The notes under the pieces are model-generated. The model ran no database searches. It was not told where the DNA came from and was given only the letters and a program-made list of their open reading frames with translations. A stretch of DNA of 64,000 nucleotides from Amoebidium appalachense (lineage: Eukaryota; Protista; Ichthyosporea). Shown here piece by piece: positions 1-12,721 of this stretch (within the stretch, counting starts at the first letter, position 1; each line of letters starts with the position of its first letter). Location of the stretch: the NCBI GenBank assembly GCA_963693365.1, contig CAVNZM010000011.1, forward strand, positions 4,410,639 to 4,474,638, given 5' to 3'. The position numbers and the translations under genes were made by a program.

Positions 1-246
1 GGGGGGGGGGGGAGGGCGGGGAAGGGGGAGGAAGGATAGTGACCATCCTCAGTCTTCAAATCTGTGAACACCAGCATAATCTTTACGAACAACAACTGTG
101 AATCATGGTTAGGTTCTACAGAGGCAATAAAACATTCCCGTGGTGTTACCAATGCCGTTGGAGCAAAAGGAAAGGAGAATAAAGAAGAGAGATGCAGTGT
201 TCAGGTGGAAGACGGAGGGAGGGGGGGAAGGGGGAGGGGGGGGGGG

Positions 247-394
247 GGGTTTCAGAATGTGTAATAGAGAACGAGGAACAGAACCGTAACGGACAACACG
301 ATGCAGAGTGCAAACCACACATAAAGAGTATGCATAATAAGCAGAGCCCATCCTCAGGGGGGCCATGTCGTCCACAGTACCCGAGTTTCAACCC
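247..394 (+). repeat. Dispersed short repeat family, copy 1
   Basis: Core ACACGATGCAGAGTGCAAACCACACATAAAGAGTATGCATAATAAGCAGAGCCCATCCTCAGGGGGGCC...CCACAGTACCCGAGTTTC, near-identical to the reverse complement of 61619-61725. Confidence 0.85.
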
Positions 395-528
395 GTGGTG
401 GTGATGGTGGTGGTGGTGGGGGGAGGGGGGGGGGGGGGAACGGTAAGGTGTTGAAATAATCCGTCGGGGGGGGGGGGGGGGGGGGGGGGGAGGGGGGGGG
501 GGGGGGGGGGGGGGGGGAGGGAAGCTAC

Positions 529-2857
529 CAAGCTTCGTCGGCAACGACCGACACATCACCTTCCACCATCGTAATGGAGAAAAATGCACTGGGGGAAGGG
601 ACAGAAAACGAATCAGTGAGTGGGGCCTGATCAGTTTTATTCTTTTTGAGAGAGGGAGGGGGGGGGGAGGGGGGGGGGGGGGGGGGGAGAGAAGGGGGAG
701 AGGGGGGAGGGGGGGGGGGGGAGGAAGATAAGGTGGGGAGTTACTTAGAGGAGGCAAGGTTTGGAAAAGGAAAAGAAAGCAGAGGTATAACTATCAACAA
801 GGGATTTGTGTTTTGTTGTTTGTGTCTGTTCTCGCTGGGTGGGTGAGGCACATACAGGCTCACACACTTTATAACGTGTAGTGATACGACTCAGCAGGGA
901 TGGCACAGGGGGAGGAGGGGGGAGGGGGGAAATGCCTGAATTTGTGTGTGTGTGGGGGGGGGGTTGGGGGAGGGGGGGGGGGGGGGGGGGGATGCAAGAG
1001 CAAGTGTGTACATGTAGGTGTGTGTATGGGTCTGTGCATGTGTGCTTTTGTTCCTGTGTGTGTGCTCGCACACAACACACACGTGTGTGTTTGTGTTGTG
1101 TATCGATCGTGTGATGCTTTACTTAACTGTGACTTTGTTGGCAGAATTTGTAGGTTTCCTTTTGAGGAGAAAAGGGGGGGGGGGGGGGGGGGGGTGGAGG
1201 AGAGTGGGGTGGGGTGGGGTGGGGGGGGGGGGGGGGGGGGGAGGGAGAGGGGGGGGGGGGGGGGAGGGGGGAGAGGGGGGGGAGGGGGGGGGGGGGGGGG
1301 GGGGGATGTGCTACAGACAACGAGGTAGACATTCGCGACACGCGAAGAAAAAAAAAATATTGCACACACAGATGCACAGACACAAAAAACATCAAATAAT
1401 AATGATCATAATGATGAGGGAACAAAGATCATCTAAAGTGTGCAGGTTTGTTGGAGGAGGAAAATGTGGAGGGGGGGGGGGAGGGAGGGGGAGGGAGGGG
1501 GGAGGAGGGAGGGAGGCAGGGTGGGGGGGTAGGGGGGGGGGGGGGGGGGGGGGGGGCAGGGGCAGGGGGCAGGCACCTATCCTCGTAGAACATAAGATCA
1601 AGTAGAGGCCAAAGTACACAGGACCGTAACTGCTCCGTGCTTAGGGTTGTGCGTATGCTGCAGGGGGGTGGGTGGAGATATAGATTAGATTCGATTATCT
1701 AGATCGGAGAATCTAGATTGTAAGATTTGGATAGGAACAAAGTTTAAAGTTAAGAGATTTAGGTTGAGTTTCTAGATTGGAAGAAACTAGATTACAAGAT
1801 TGAAGAGCTAGATTTGGTGATGTTGAATTATGGAATGGAACTAAATCACATGACAAGAGGAATAGGGTGGTTTCCGGTGGGTTTTGACCAGTAGGGGTGT
1901 TTGATTTGATAAAAAAATTATTAAAAAAACATGGTAGCTGGCATGAATTGTTGTTGAAATAAAAAGTTAATGGCACAAGGACATCGTGGTGTGAGAGCAT
2001 GGAAGGGTGCAAATAAAAAGGTTGTGTAGACAGTAGAAACACGATGGTGTGGGCCTGTGGGAAGGAAAGGTAGGGGGGAAGGTAAAATGTCGTACACGGT
2101 GCAAATTACAACTCCACAACGAAGTTCGTAGTGCACACACACACACAAAAGTATGCAGCATAAGTACAGTCCATCCACAGGGGGCCGGGGGGGGAGGGAG
2201 GGGGAAGGGGGGATGCTCGTCCAGTGTGTGTATGCATGGTCTACATGTGATGAGTGTGCCTCTTGTCTTGTATGTTGGCATATTGGCAAGGGGTGGCCTA
2301 CTTGGGGTTGTTTTGTAGATGTGTTTGCCGTCCCCCGGAAGTGAGGAGAGGGCGGGTGGATAGGTGGGTGGGTGTGCGGGGGGAGAGGGGGAGAGGGGGG
2401 GGGGGGGGGGGGGGGGGGGGGAAGGACTCAGCAGTCTGTGCACCCACCCACCTGGTGATGTAGAGCCTATGACTCAACAAACGTAGTGGCCGTGTGTTGG
2501 TGGATGGGTGGTTTCCCGTCTCATTGCTTTGATCAACTTCAGAATTAGTAATATGTTGTTGTTGTTGTTGTTGGGGTGGAATGGTAAATTCTTCTTGGGT
2601 TGATGAGTCTACGAGATCGAAGGTGCTTGCGAGGGTGGAGAGTGCTTGATTAAGTTGCTTGTCTTGTACCTGTGTGTCGGGGGAGGGGGAGGAGAGGGGG
2701 GTTGGGGGAGGGAAGGGGGGAGAGGAGGGGTGGAAAGGGCAGGGGGGGAGAGGGGGGGAAAGGGGGGGGGGGGGGGGGGGGAGTGTGTGTGAGTGTGAGT
2801 GAGTGTGTGTAAGCGAGTGTGAGTGAGTGAGTCAGGGACTGAGTGTGTAGAGTGTGT

Positions 2858-2952
<95 letters not shown>

Positions 2953-3200
2953 GTGTGTACGTATGTGTGTAGAGGTGCCGCCAAGATACACAACGAGGAA
3001 TTGGGGAATGTCCGCAACCCGTGCCTATGTGAACGTGTCCCCTTACGTGCTGTATGCACATCCACCGGTGTGTGTGTTGGTGTTTGCAAAACTTGGGTAC
3101 TTTTATGGGAAGCCAGTGATTCGAGTGCACACCGTTCATTTTCAACATAATACGTAACGAAAAGAACTTTTGAGGAAGGGAGGGGGGAGGGGGGAACTCC

Positions 3201-3236
<36 letters not shown>

Positions 3237-3587
3237 AATGGAGAGAGATAATTTGTGCCGAAAGTACCAAGCCCCCATTCCCCCCCCCCCCCCCCCCCCC
3301 CTCTCTCCCCCTCCCCCCCCTCCCCCCCCCCCCAAAAAAAAAAGAGAGAAAAAAATCTACAACAAAATACATAATGAAAGAACTTTTGAGGGGAAGGGGA
3401 GGGGGGGGGGGGGGGGAGGGGGGGGGATGGAGAGAGATGGTTTGTGCCGGAAGTACCAAACCCCCCCCCCCCCCCCCAAAAAAGGAAAGACAGAAAAAAG
3501 TCACTTATGCTTTTCTAATGATAGGAGAAAATGGGTGTGCAAGTGGGCGGGGTTTTGGTGTTTTTTTTTTCCCTAGGTGTTTTGGGG

Positions 3588-3621
<34 letters not shown>

Positions 3622-4408
3622 GCATGGGCCTACTAGCAGAAAGTCAGTCTGGTATGTGGACAGATAGAAGACAGATATGCCGGCAGTGGCCAGCGGCTGC
3701 GTGAGGTTGCTGACTAGCTCGCAGGTTTCTGCATGTGCAATATGGGGGTCAATTGGGGGGGGGGGGGGGGGGGGGGGTATCTTAGTTTTGAAAATATGCG
3801 GCAAGGGGGTCCACAAGGCGGAGCAGTAAGGGAGGGAGGGGAGGAGGGAGGGGGGAGGAAGGGGGAGGGGGAGGCGAGGGGGGGAGGGGGGGGGGGGGGG
3901 GGGGGAAGGGGGGGATGGATATTGGAGAGAAGGTGTCTCGTGGCTGGAAGTCTCTTTTTTTTCTTTTTCTTTTTTTTTTTTTTTTTTTTTTTGTGGGGGG
4001 GGGGGGGGGGGGGGGGGGTTTGAATGCGGAACACGGTACGAAGTACGCATACACGAAGGACACATGCAAAGGCAAACATTCAAGTATGCAAAATAGCCAA
4101 GCGTGCAGTATGCGTCATAAGCAGAGCCCATCCTCAGGGAGGGCCCAAGTCATCAATTGCGTCTGAGTTTCGACCCCTTAGCCCGCGTATATACGACTCT
4201 CCAACTCAGACAGCAGCATCAACTGAACTTGGGAGGGTCAACCCGTCTTGATCAAAGACGAGCAGGGTTGCTCATGCAAGCAAGGTGAGCAAAACGGTGA
4301 ATATGTGTGTGCAAACTAAAGCAGCGAAAAATGCGTATGTGCTTACAGATGCACGACACAGAGCAACCATGCCCGGTTGCATGGAAGTAAAGCGGTCTCC
4401 ACAAAGGG

Positions 4409-4448
<40 letters not shown>

Positions 4449-4910
4449 GAGAGGGGATTTGATCTGTAATATGGAATGGGCCGGAAAAAAATCCGAAAAC
4501 ATGCTCAGCGTATGCAAAAGGGGAGGTCGGCAGGAGAAGAAGCATGGAACACGTGCGCACATCCAGCCAGAAAAGAAGTTGCCAAATAAGAAATTACTAA
4601 ATATTGAAGCCGGCACGTTGGTGGATAACGGTATGCAGTCACCTCCCCCAAGGGCAGTTAAGGTTAGAAAGCACAGATGCATACGAACTAAGTGGGAATA
4701 TCCAACTTAACTAACATGTGAGGGTGGGAGAGAGGTGTGGTTATTTCCATATCGAGTTTTTCTTCGAGAAAGGAGTGAAGTTGGAGGGATAGGGATCTGG
4801 AAGAGGGTATGCGGATTGTGTGTGCGTGGGTTAATGTGAGCATGTTGGAAGAGAAGGGGTAAGGGAAGCGGTGGTGTGCGCACGGAAGCGCCCAAAGGCG
4901 CGGCGTGTAG

Positions 4911-5007
<97 letters not shown>

Positions 5008-5427
5008 ACATGTGCTTGTGTGTATCTGTGTGTCTCTGTGTGTGTGTTGAATTGGAACAGGTTCTTATTTTCACTTTCTTTTTTTTCTTTTTTTTTTTTT
5101 TTTGGGGGGGGGGGGGAGGGGGGGGAGGGGGAGGGGGAGGGGAGGGGATAGATACCGCCACCCATCTGGCCCGCAGCCACATTCAAAACCCTCCACTCAT
5201 TCGGCCATATGCTGAGTTGGGGGATGAAAGGTACATCTGTGGATATGAGGGATATCGTAAGTAACCACACAGACAAGCATGCGTACAGATACGTGGGGAG
5301 GGGAAGCGTGTGTGTGTGTTTGGGCGGGGGCCGCGGGGGGGGGGGGGGGGGGGGGGGGGATTGGTGGTTGTAGTGATCGTTTTAAGGAAGAATGTGTGTG
5401 TATGGGGGGGGGGGGGGGGGGTATGTC

Positions 5428-5508
<81 letters not shown>

Positions 5509-5858
5509 CGGGGGGAGGGGGAGGGGGGGGGGGGGGGGGGGGGGTGGGGTGTGGTCTTTTTACCTACTGACGCATCGAAAACCAAGGATACCTCTGTAGC
5601 AGTCCTTGTAAAGCTGAAAAATGCAGTCTCATAGGTGTTGTGCACAAAAGGCCGTAGGAGGTAGTGGGTAAGAAGGGGCAGGTCCTGCCTCTGTATGCTG
5701 GCTGTAGAGAAAGTACTAGTGTTTGCGTATGCTGAAGGACAAAATGTTTTTGCTCTGAATCTTTTGTTCTAAATAAGAATGGTGGTTGTAGCCCTGTATT
5801 GCATAACGATAGCAATGCGATACAGTTAAAAGCGACGGTGGATAAGACGTTGACAGTC

Positions 5859-5916
<58 letters not shown>

Positions 5917-6094
5917 CTCCCCTCCAGCCACCACCACCGAAAAGACCTGCGCACAGTTTCCCTACCAACCCCTATTCCAAAATAGCCAACAATGTTATCG
6001 CCCATAACTTATGATTGTTTTAAGCTAAGGGACATGCATCAACACCGAATCCCTTTCCCGGACGTTTATAATTTTCTCTGTCTCACAACCACAC

Positions 6095-6134
<40 letters not shown>

Positions 6135-7183
6135 CTTCTGGTCCTATTTTAGGGGTTTTCAGTCATTTCCATAGTCTCCTCTTTTCCCCTCTCCCCCCCC
6201 CTCCCCCTCCCCCCCGGCCGCTAAATACCATCCCCCCCCCTCCCCCCCCCCACCCCCTCCCTCCCGCCACCTTTCCCCCCTCCTCTCTCTCCCTCCCTCC
6301 CTCCCCTCCCCACCCCCCCCCTCCCCTCCCCGCCTTCCCCCCTCCCCCCTTCCCCCCCTCCCTCTCTCCGCCCTCCCCCCCCCCTTCCTCCCCTCCTCCC
6401 CCCAGTTCCCACCCATCCCCAAACCAGAACCACCTCCCCAACCACCCCATCCCTCTACCCACCCATTAAGCCATTGCCCAGCCGCCACCCCAACCTACCC
6501 GCACACACACACACCCATCCTTGCAGGCTCATCAAAAACGAAAACTAACACTAACCGACAAACCACCACCCGGCTCCGGCTAAAAAGAATCTTGCTAAAG
6601 CTAAAATCACCCCACCTATATCCCCTTTTTAACTGGATTTAACATTCCTAAACACTGATCTAAAAAACAAACCGGAAAAACAGCATAGCGCATGTTGACA
6701 CATGCAGGCAGGCACCCAGGCACCCATGCATCCACACACACCCACATCAACGAAGTTGTGTTCTCACTAATGTGCATTTATATTTTTCACTTGAAAAAGC
6801 CCACGGTGTCTTCCCGAGAATCATGACGCCTAAAATATGCCACTCCTCCTCTCGACGTTTCCCAATCCACCACCCCCCTTGCAGACCTTTCGTTTCCCTC
6901 CCTTTCCCCCCTCCTCCTCTACGCTTTACCAATCCCCCCCCTCCCCCCTGCATTCATACACAGAAACATATGACACACCCAAGTAGCTTTCACCAGATCA
7001 AGTATCCCATACCAGACATCACCAATCCTACCCTCTCTCTCTTAAACAACATGTCCGTAAGTTCAAAATGTCCTGTCGTCTGCAGGCTGGACCCCATGAT
7101 GTAAGAAGGACCGCAAAATTCTTCCTCTTACCTATGCGTACCCGGTTAGGAAGGATGTGTAACTCTGACTTTTTAGCAGCCAT
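529..7183 (-). CDS. CASTOR1: CASTOR/GATS-like ACT-domain protein (arginine-sensor homolog), 3'-partial. Exons 7183-7132, 5701-5564, 5236-5156, 3728-3634, 2669-2452, 1657-1577, 588-529; the last ACT domain lies beyond the left edge
   Basis: All seven exons have GT/AG boundaries and join in frame (phases 1,1,1,0,2,2): MAAKKSELHILPNRVRIASIQRQDLPLLTHYLLRPFVHNTYETAFFSFTRTATEVSLVFDASVDVPFIPQLSIWPNEWRVLNVAAGQMGGETCELVSNLTQPLATAGISVFYLSTYQTDFLLVQDKQLNQALSTLASTFDL...PLRLLSHRLYITSIRTTLSTEQLRSCVLWPLLDLMFYEDSAFFSITMVEGDVSVVADEA. Collinear with human CASTOR1 as I recall it (MELHILEHRVRV, FFSLTET, WLVLNV, SVLMLSTYQTDFILV, LIDVLFY, FFAFSLIEGYISIV). CASTOR1 versus CASTOR2 orthology cannot be resolved. Confidence 0.9.
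2071..2226 (+). repeat. Dispersed short repeat family, degraded copy 2
   Basis: AAAAGTATGCAGCATAAGTACAGTCCATCCACAGGGGGCC matches the family core; G-rich expansion follows before TCGTCCAGT. Confidence 0.55.
2855..2951. repeat. (GT)n microsatellite; one of many (others near 4916-5006, 5435-5506, 15067-15160, 25102-25172, 35065-35151, 51789-51953, 53021-53102, 60673-60731)
   Basis: Visible dinucleotide run. Confidence 0.95.
3158..3485 (+). repeat. Two-copy local tandem duplication inside CASTOR intron 4
   Basis: AAAGAACTTTTGAGG...ATGGAGAGAGATRRTTTGTGCCGRAAGTACCAA occurs twice with different homopolymer spacers. Confidence 0.8.
4017..4212 (+). repeat. Dispersed short repeat family, copy 3
   Basis: GGTTTGAATGCG...GTACGAAGTAC start, CATAAGCAGAGCCCATCCTCAGGG core, GAGTTTCGACCC and CCAACTCAGA end, all shared with the inverted copy at 61.6-61.8 kb. 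Confidence 0.8.
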
Positions 7184-7493
7184 GAGTCGAGTCCTCTTGT
7201 GAAGATAACTAGACAATGTTTCTCAAACCCAAGTAAAATCGTTTTTGGGGCTCTCGGATGTCCACCACACGGCGAAGTTTGGTTTCTCAATGAATAGAGA
7301 GATCTTCCTGTTTTCTGACGTGGAGTACTATTCTCACAGTATGATATATGACATGCAGATCTGGAAATATCGCATAACATCAAAATATGAAAGGAGAACT
7401 TATGATAACACCAAACAGGAGTCCGGTTCTAAAAGAAAACCAAGACTGCAGCTAGCTGACTCGAAAAGCTGTCGGTCCGATCGGGCTCGGCAG

Positions 7494-7666
7494 CAGTGTT
7501 GTACCGGACCTTTGCGACTACATCTCGACTTGACTAGTCAAGTTTTGGGACTTTCACGACTACGACTACGACTGGAGTCGGGGTTGGGCCAGCGACTTGA
7601 CTACGACTATGACTACGACTTTCAAATTATGCCTTCACTGGCAGCAGCTCGTCCCTTGCAAGGGAA

Positions 7667-7708
<42 letters not shown>

Positions 7709-7716
7709 CCATACCT

Positions 7717-7750
<34 letters not shown>

Positions 7751-8270
7751 GGAGGGGCAGGCAATTTTTGCACCAGGCAATTTTTGCAACAGGCAATTGG
7801 TGCCACTTTTGTGCTGAACTTTTTAATCGTAAGCATGTTGATAGGTGTGAGTTTTTATGTCGCGTTTTACCTCTTTCCCTACGGGTGTCTGCTACACTAG
7901 CTGGCAATGTGAACACTTTAGAATTTTTGTTGAATTCTGTTGGTCGTCACATTGAGTATTTATTTGATTTTCACACAGTGTTCAGGTATCTCAGTATGCA
8001 CTTGTTACTGGATAACTCGTGAAGTTTTTATTGTCTTCTCAGTATGCCGTGCATACTTGCATATCTTTCCGTCGAATAAATCCAGTCAAAAGAAAAAAAA
8101 ATTTGCACTGACACCGGTACCATAATTCAGGGAATTTTTGCACCCCCCCCCCCCCCCCCCCCCCCCCCCCCATACACACACAGACACAAAAAAAAAAAAA
8201 AACATAAAAACAATCCCCTCTCAAGTCACCCAGACACGAGCATGCACACAATGCACACACACACACCGTG

Positions 8271-8308
<38 letters not shown>

Positions 8309-9016
8309 ACACGTGCACACACACATTTAGTATACACACACGTGCACACACACATATACACGTGCACACGTGCACACACATGAGCGTGCACACACACACA
8401 TACTAGTAGACACAGACACTGTATAAACACACACACGCGCGCGCGTACACACACACACTGACCAGACGGTCTGCATATGGTTACACACACACGCGCGCGC
8501 GCGCACGCACCGTGGCACACACACACACACACCCATACACACACATATGCACGTACACAGTCTAGCGTAACGCGCGCGCGCCCGCTCACACAGTGTCCAC
8601 ACACACACACACACACAAACACAAAACGCACACACACGCACACACACACACACGCACGCACACACGCACACACGCACACACACACACACACACTTGTCAC
8701 GTGCACAGTCTAACGTAATGCGCGCGCGTGCGGGTGCCACGGTGCACGCACACATGTGTACACAGACACGCACACACACACACACACGCACACACACGCA
8801 CGTACGCACACACACACACACACGCACGCACGCACGCACACACACACACACGCATGCACACCCACCCACACACACTTGTGACGTGAGGCTAACACAATGC
8901 GCGCGCGTGCGCGCGCGTGCGCGTGCGTGCGTGCACACACATACACACACAGACACACGCACACCCACACACGCACTAATCGTATTAGTACGTACCTGCA
9001 CATTCTAGCGTAATGG

Positions 9017-9047
<31 letters not shown>

Positions 9048-9184
9048 CGTATTTGCGATGCATATCACGCTATGTTATCATAATAATCCTTATCGCCAGC
9101 CCCGTTATAAGGGCCGCCCCCAAGACATATATGACACGGCGCTTGATCACGATTTCATTGCCCAACTGTGCACATCATCATGAG

Positions 9185-9215
<31 letters not shown>

Positions 9216-9413
9216 TTCCCCCCCTCCCTCCCCCCCCCCCCCCCCCGCCCCACACCCCCACCCCCACCGGGCCCCCCCTTGGCCCCCTCTCTCCCCCCCC
9301 CCCCCCCTCCCCCTCCCCCCAAAGTCGTGGGCCATAGTCGTAGCTGTCACCCACGACTTTGCCTCTTCGGCGACTACGACTAACGACTTTTTAGTCAAGT
9401 CGGTACATCCCTG
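7494..9413. mobile_element. Non-autonomous hAT-type DNA transposon (about 1.9 kb, no transposase ORF)
   Basis: Perfect 8-bp direct repeat CTCGGCAG at 7486-7493 and 9414-9421. Imperfect TIRs CAGTGTTGTACCGGAC / GTCGGTACATCCCTG (rc CAGGGATGTACCGAC). Clustered subterminal ACGACT hexamers at both ends. 8-bp TSD, CAG termini and subterminal repeats are hAT hallmarks. Confidence 0.85.
8230..9000. repeat. Compound (CA)/(CG) alternating purine-pyrimidine microsatellite inside the hAT element
   Basis: About 770 bp of mixed CACA/CGCG with repeated CAGTCTA(G/A)CGTAA and CACTTGT motifs. Confidence 0.85.
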
Positions 9414-9421
9414 CTCGGCAG

Positions 9422-9512
9422 TTTGGCGCCAAAATGCCATCGATAAGCCATATAGGGAAGTGACCTCAAAAGATAAACCATAAATAGCAAAAATTTCTAC
9501 TGCGTGATTGGC
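9422..9512. promoter_or_regulatory. Palindromic E2F-type site TTTGGCGCCAAA (9422-9433) plus CCAAT box (GATTGG, near 9506) in the divergent CASTOR/TRIM-like intergenic region
   Basis: Matches TTTSSCGC on both strands, in a homopolymer-free stretch about 0.7 kb upstream of ATG 10150. Motif match only. Confidence 0.4.
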
Positions 9513-10149
9513 CTAAAATGCTGACTGGCCCAGTTAGTACTTAGTACTTCAAAACAAGTAAGTTAGTACTTCAAAACAAAGGAACACTACGGTAACCCCA
9601 CGAGACTGTGTGAGGGCACGTGTAAGAGATGTGAGCTTTTTTCCCTGAGAGATCTTTCACGACCGGATGTCTCAAAAGAAGCTCCTCCCTATAGGTGTAA
9701 AAATATCATGGGGTATAACAGTGTACTCAATCCCTTAGCATTTTAGTCTGTCGAGCCTGCCTGCATTGAGAGCGTTTGATCGTAGAAGAGAGATCTACCT
9801 TTTAGGGGTTTCGACTTCGCTACGTACTATATTGCTGTGTGTGGCCTGTTTTTCTTCTCACCGTTTTTGTCGAAACTTATGAAGGTGGTGTGCATTTACG
9901 TTCATCAAGAATGAGTTCGGTTTGATCCAAGTGAAGCCCTGCCTGGATCCGGCAAACTTTAACGTTGCATTAGGTTCGACTCAGTGAGCTCGAAGTCGTT
10001 TCCCTCTCGGTTCTCTGAACTTTCCACGTCAAGTACTTCAAGGATTTTCTCCTTCTTCCCTTCTTTAACAAACTAGACTACCTTCTCCCTTTTCCATTTC
10101 CCGCATCACTGCTATAGGACTTTGTCATTCCCTGGGCCAAACCTTCAAA

Positions 10150-10546
10150 ATGTCGAGTGCTTTTACCACCACTCAAAACCCGTCTACTCCCCCACCTCCC
10201 CCACCGCAAGCCCCCCATCCAGACGATGCCACACCAACTTTCATGCCCCCTAGTGTTTACAGCAGCCAGCAGATGGAATCAGGCGAAAAACATGAACTCC
10301 AGGCGGTGCCCGCATCAGCGCTGCAGCCTAAGGGAGCTGAAAATCACGATGCTGGGCTAGCGCGGGACTTGTTTTCTGACGATGAATCTGGCGATGGGGA
10401 GGAGGAATCGGCAGGTGAAGATCCTTGGGGACGCTCAAGGTGGGAGCCCACAGAAAACCCCAGAGAGATTATGTGGGTGTGGTGAGGGTTGGGGTGAGGG
10501 GAGATTTCAGGATCTGGAGGGGAAAGGTGGGGGGGGGGGGGCGGCC

Positions 10547-10583
<37 letters not shown>

Positions 10584-11349
10584 AGGGGGGTTTTTCAAGG
10601 TGTGTGAACGGGATTGTTTATTATGTTTTGTTCAACTTGCCATTCTGCGTTGCCTTTAGTACTGGTCCTGATTGACAATTTGTGTGTGTGTACATGGTCT
10701 GGAGGAGGGGGGGGGGGGGGGGGGGAGGGGGGGGGGAAGGGGCAGGGGATGCCCCGGGGGGAAGGTTGGGGGGGGGGGGGGGGGGGGGGGGTGTCAAGCA
10801 CAGACTCTGGGTTGCCGTGGCGTTTGTCTGTGTTTGTGCAAGGGCACTTGTATGTTAAACCCACGGAGCGGGGAGGAAGGGAGAAATACAAAGAGAGGGA
10901 GAGGAGGGGGGTTCCTATGGGGTTTTTTCCCTGCTGTCCATCATGATGGATTATTCAATGTTTCTGTGGGGGTTAGGACTGCGGGGAGGGGGTGGGGGTG
11001 TGTGTTGGGGGGGAGGGGGGGAGGGGGGTGGGGGGGGAGGGGGGAGGGGGGGGGGGGGGGGGGGATTCGGGGGCTATTATTAGGGAATGAGTGGTTTCTG
11101 CAGGTTTTTCCTTTTCAGGCTGCCGTATCATTTGATTTTACGTTTAGCAAGACAGACACGTGTTTGTAGTTCTCGTTATCTTCTTCCTGGGTATCCTAAA
11201 CTTGGGTTCTAAAAAGGAGTGCAGACAACTTAAGAGGCATTCTGTCATTTCTTCCATGTTTGAACTCAAGCTTGTCAAATGGCGCTTCGATGCCCTGTGG
11301 GTTAGTGTCCTTTTCACCCTAAGTGCCTCCCCCTCCTCCACCCCTCTAC

Positions 11350-11381
<32 letters not shown>

Positions 11382-11549
11382 TTCCCCCCCTCCTCCCCCT
11401 CTCCCCCGACCCGCCCTATTATTGGCAATCGTGGCATTTCACTTCATTACTTGCAAGTACGATTCTTTCCCCCTTCAACTGACTCTTCCCCCCTTCCCTC
11501 CTCCCCCTTCCCCCCCTCCCCCCCCCCCCTCCCCCCCCTCCCCCCCTCC

Positions 11550-11580
<31 letters not shown>

Positions 11581-12489
11581 CCAATTTCTCAAACTCAGGA
11601 GCGCAGCCATGGGGTGGGCCACAGGCAGTGGGTTTGAGTGCCGCCACTGCAGCTATAAATACACCACAGAAACACGTCGTCCCCTGGTGCTTCCATGCGG
11701 CAACACATTTTGTTTCATGTGCGTCAACAACACCATTCGCTACCCGAGGAAAACCACGCCAGGAGCGCACCCGTACGTACTTCGCCTCTCGGCGACATGC
11801 AAGAAAAAACATGAGTTGACTGGAACGGGAACTGTGGAGGATGTACCCAAGAACAACCAACTTCTTGAACTATTGAGCATTCACACGCCATCTTTAACCC
11901 TATCCAGTCGTGATGGAGCAAAAGAAAAAAATTTGGAGAAGAAAAAAACTACCACAACCGGTGGAAAAGAGGAAAATTTCAAAACAGTCGCACCCGCTGG
12001 AAGTCGACCGTCAACCGCTACGTCACAATCGCAAGACCGTCATTTTGCTACGTGCAAAAAACATAAAAATCATCCTGAGAAATACTTTTGTTTCATGCAC
12101 AAGGAATACACCTGTTCCGAGTGTTCGTTTGACAAGCATTCCGCGTGTTGGAAAAACAAAGTGGATAATCACAACGCGGTGGTAGACGTGGGGAGTTTTT
12201 CGGCGACTGCAAGGGAAAACATGAAAAAGTGGGGGAAGGATGTGGGGAGAGCGGTGGTGGTGGTGAGGAAGAAGGGGGAGGAGGAGGCTGCACGCATCAG
12301 TGCACATCTTGAGGACACCAAAGTGAAGGTGGGGCCTCTCTCTCCCGCTCTCCGCTTCGAGCTCTTTCTCTGAACTTCTTTCACTCAGATATCCATGCCC
12401 TGTCCCCCCTCCCCCCCCCTCCCCCCCCCCCCCCCCAAATAATAATAAAAATAATAATAATAACCATTGAATCCTAATACAATACTAAG

Positions 12490-12534
<45 letters not shown>

Positions 12535-12684
12535 AATAACAATAATAATAATAATAAAAACAAATAAAAGTAACTAAAAACTTAAAGGAAAAATAGAAAA
12601 ATCCCCCCAGCTCATACCATAGAGAAGGAGACATGTGGCTTTTAGTAATACTAATGTGGGGCCGGCGGATTCCAAGCAGCGCCC

Positions 12685-12721
<37 letters not shown>

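Noticed and set aside
40-200. Open minus-strand frame as the next CASTOR exon
   Set aside because: No AG acceptor gives the required phase without a stop, and no ACT4 motif is present.
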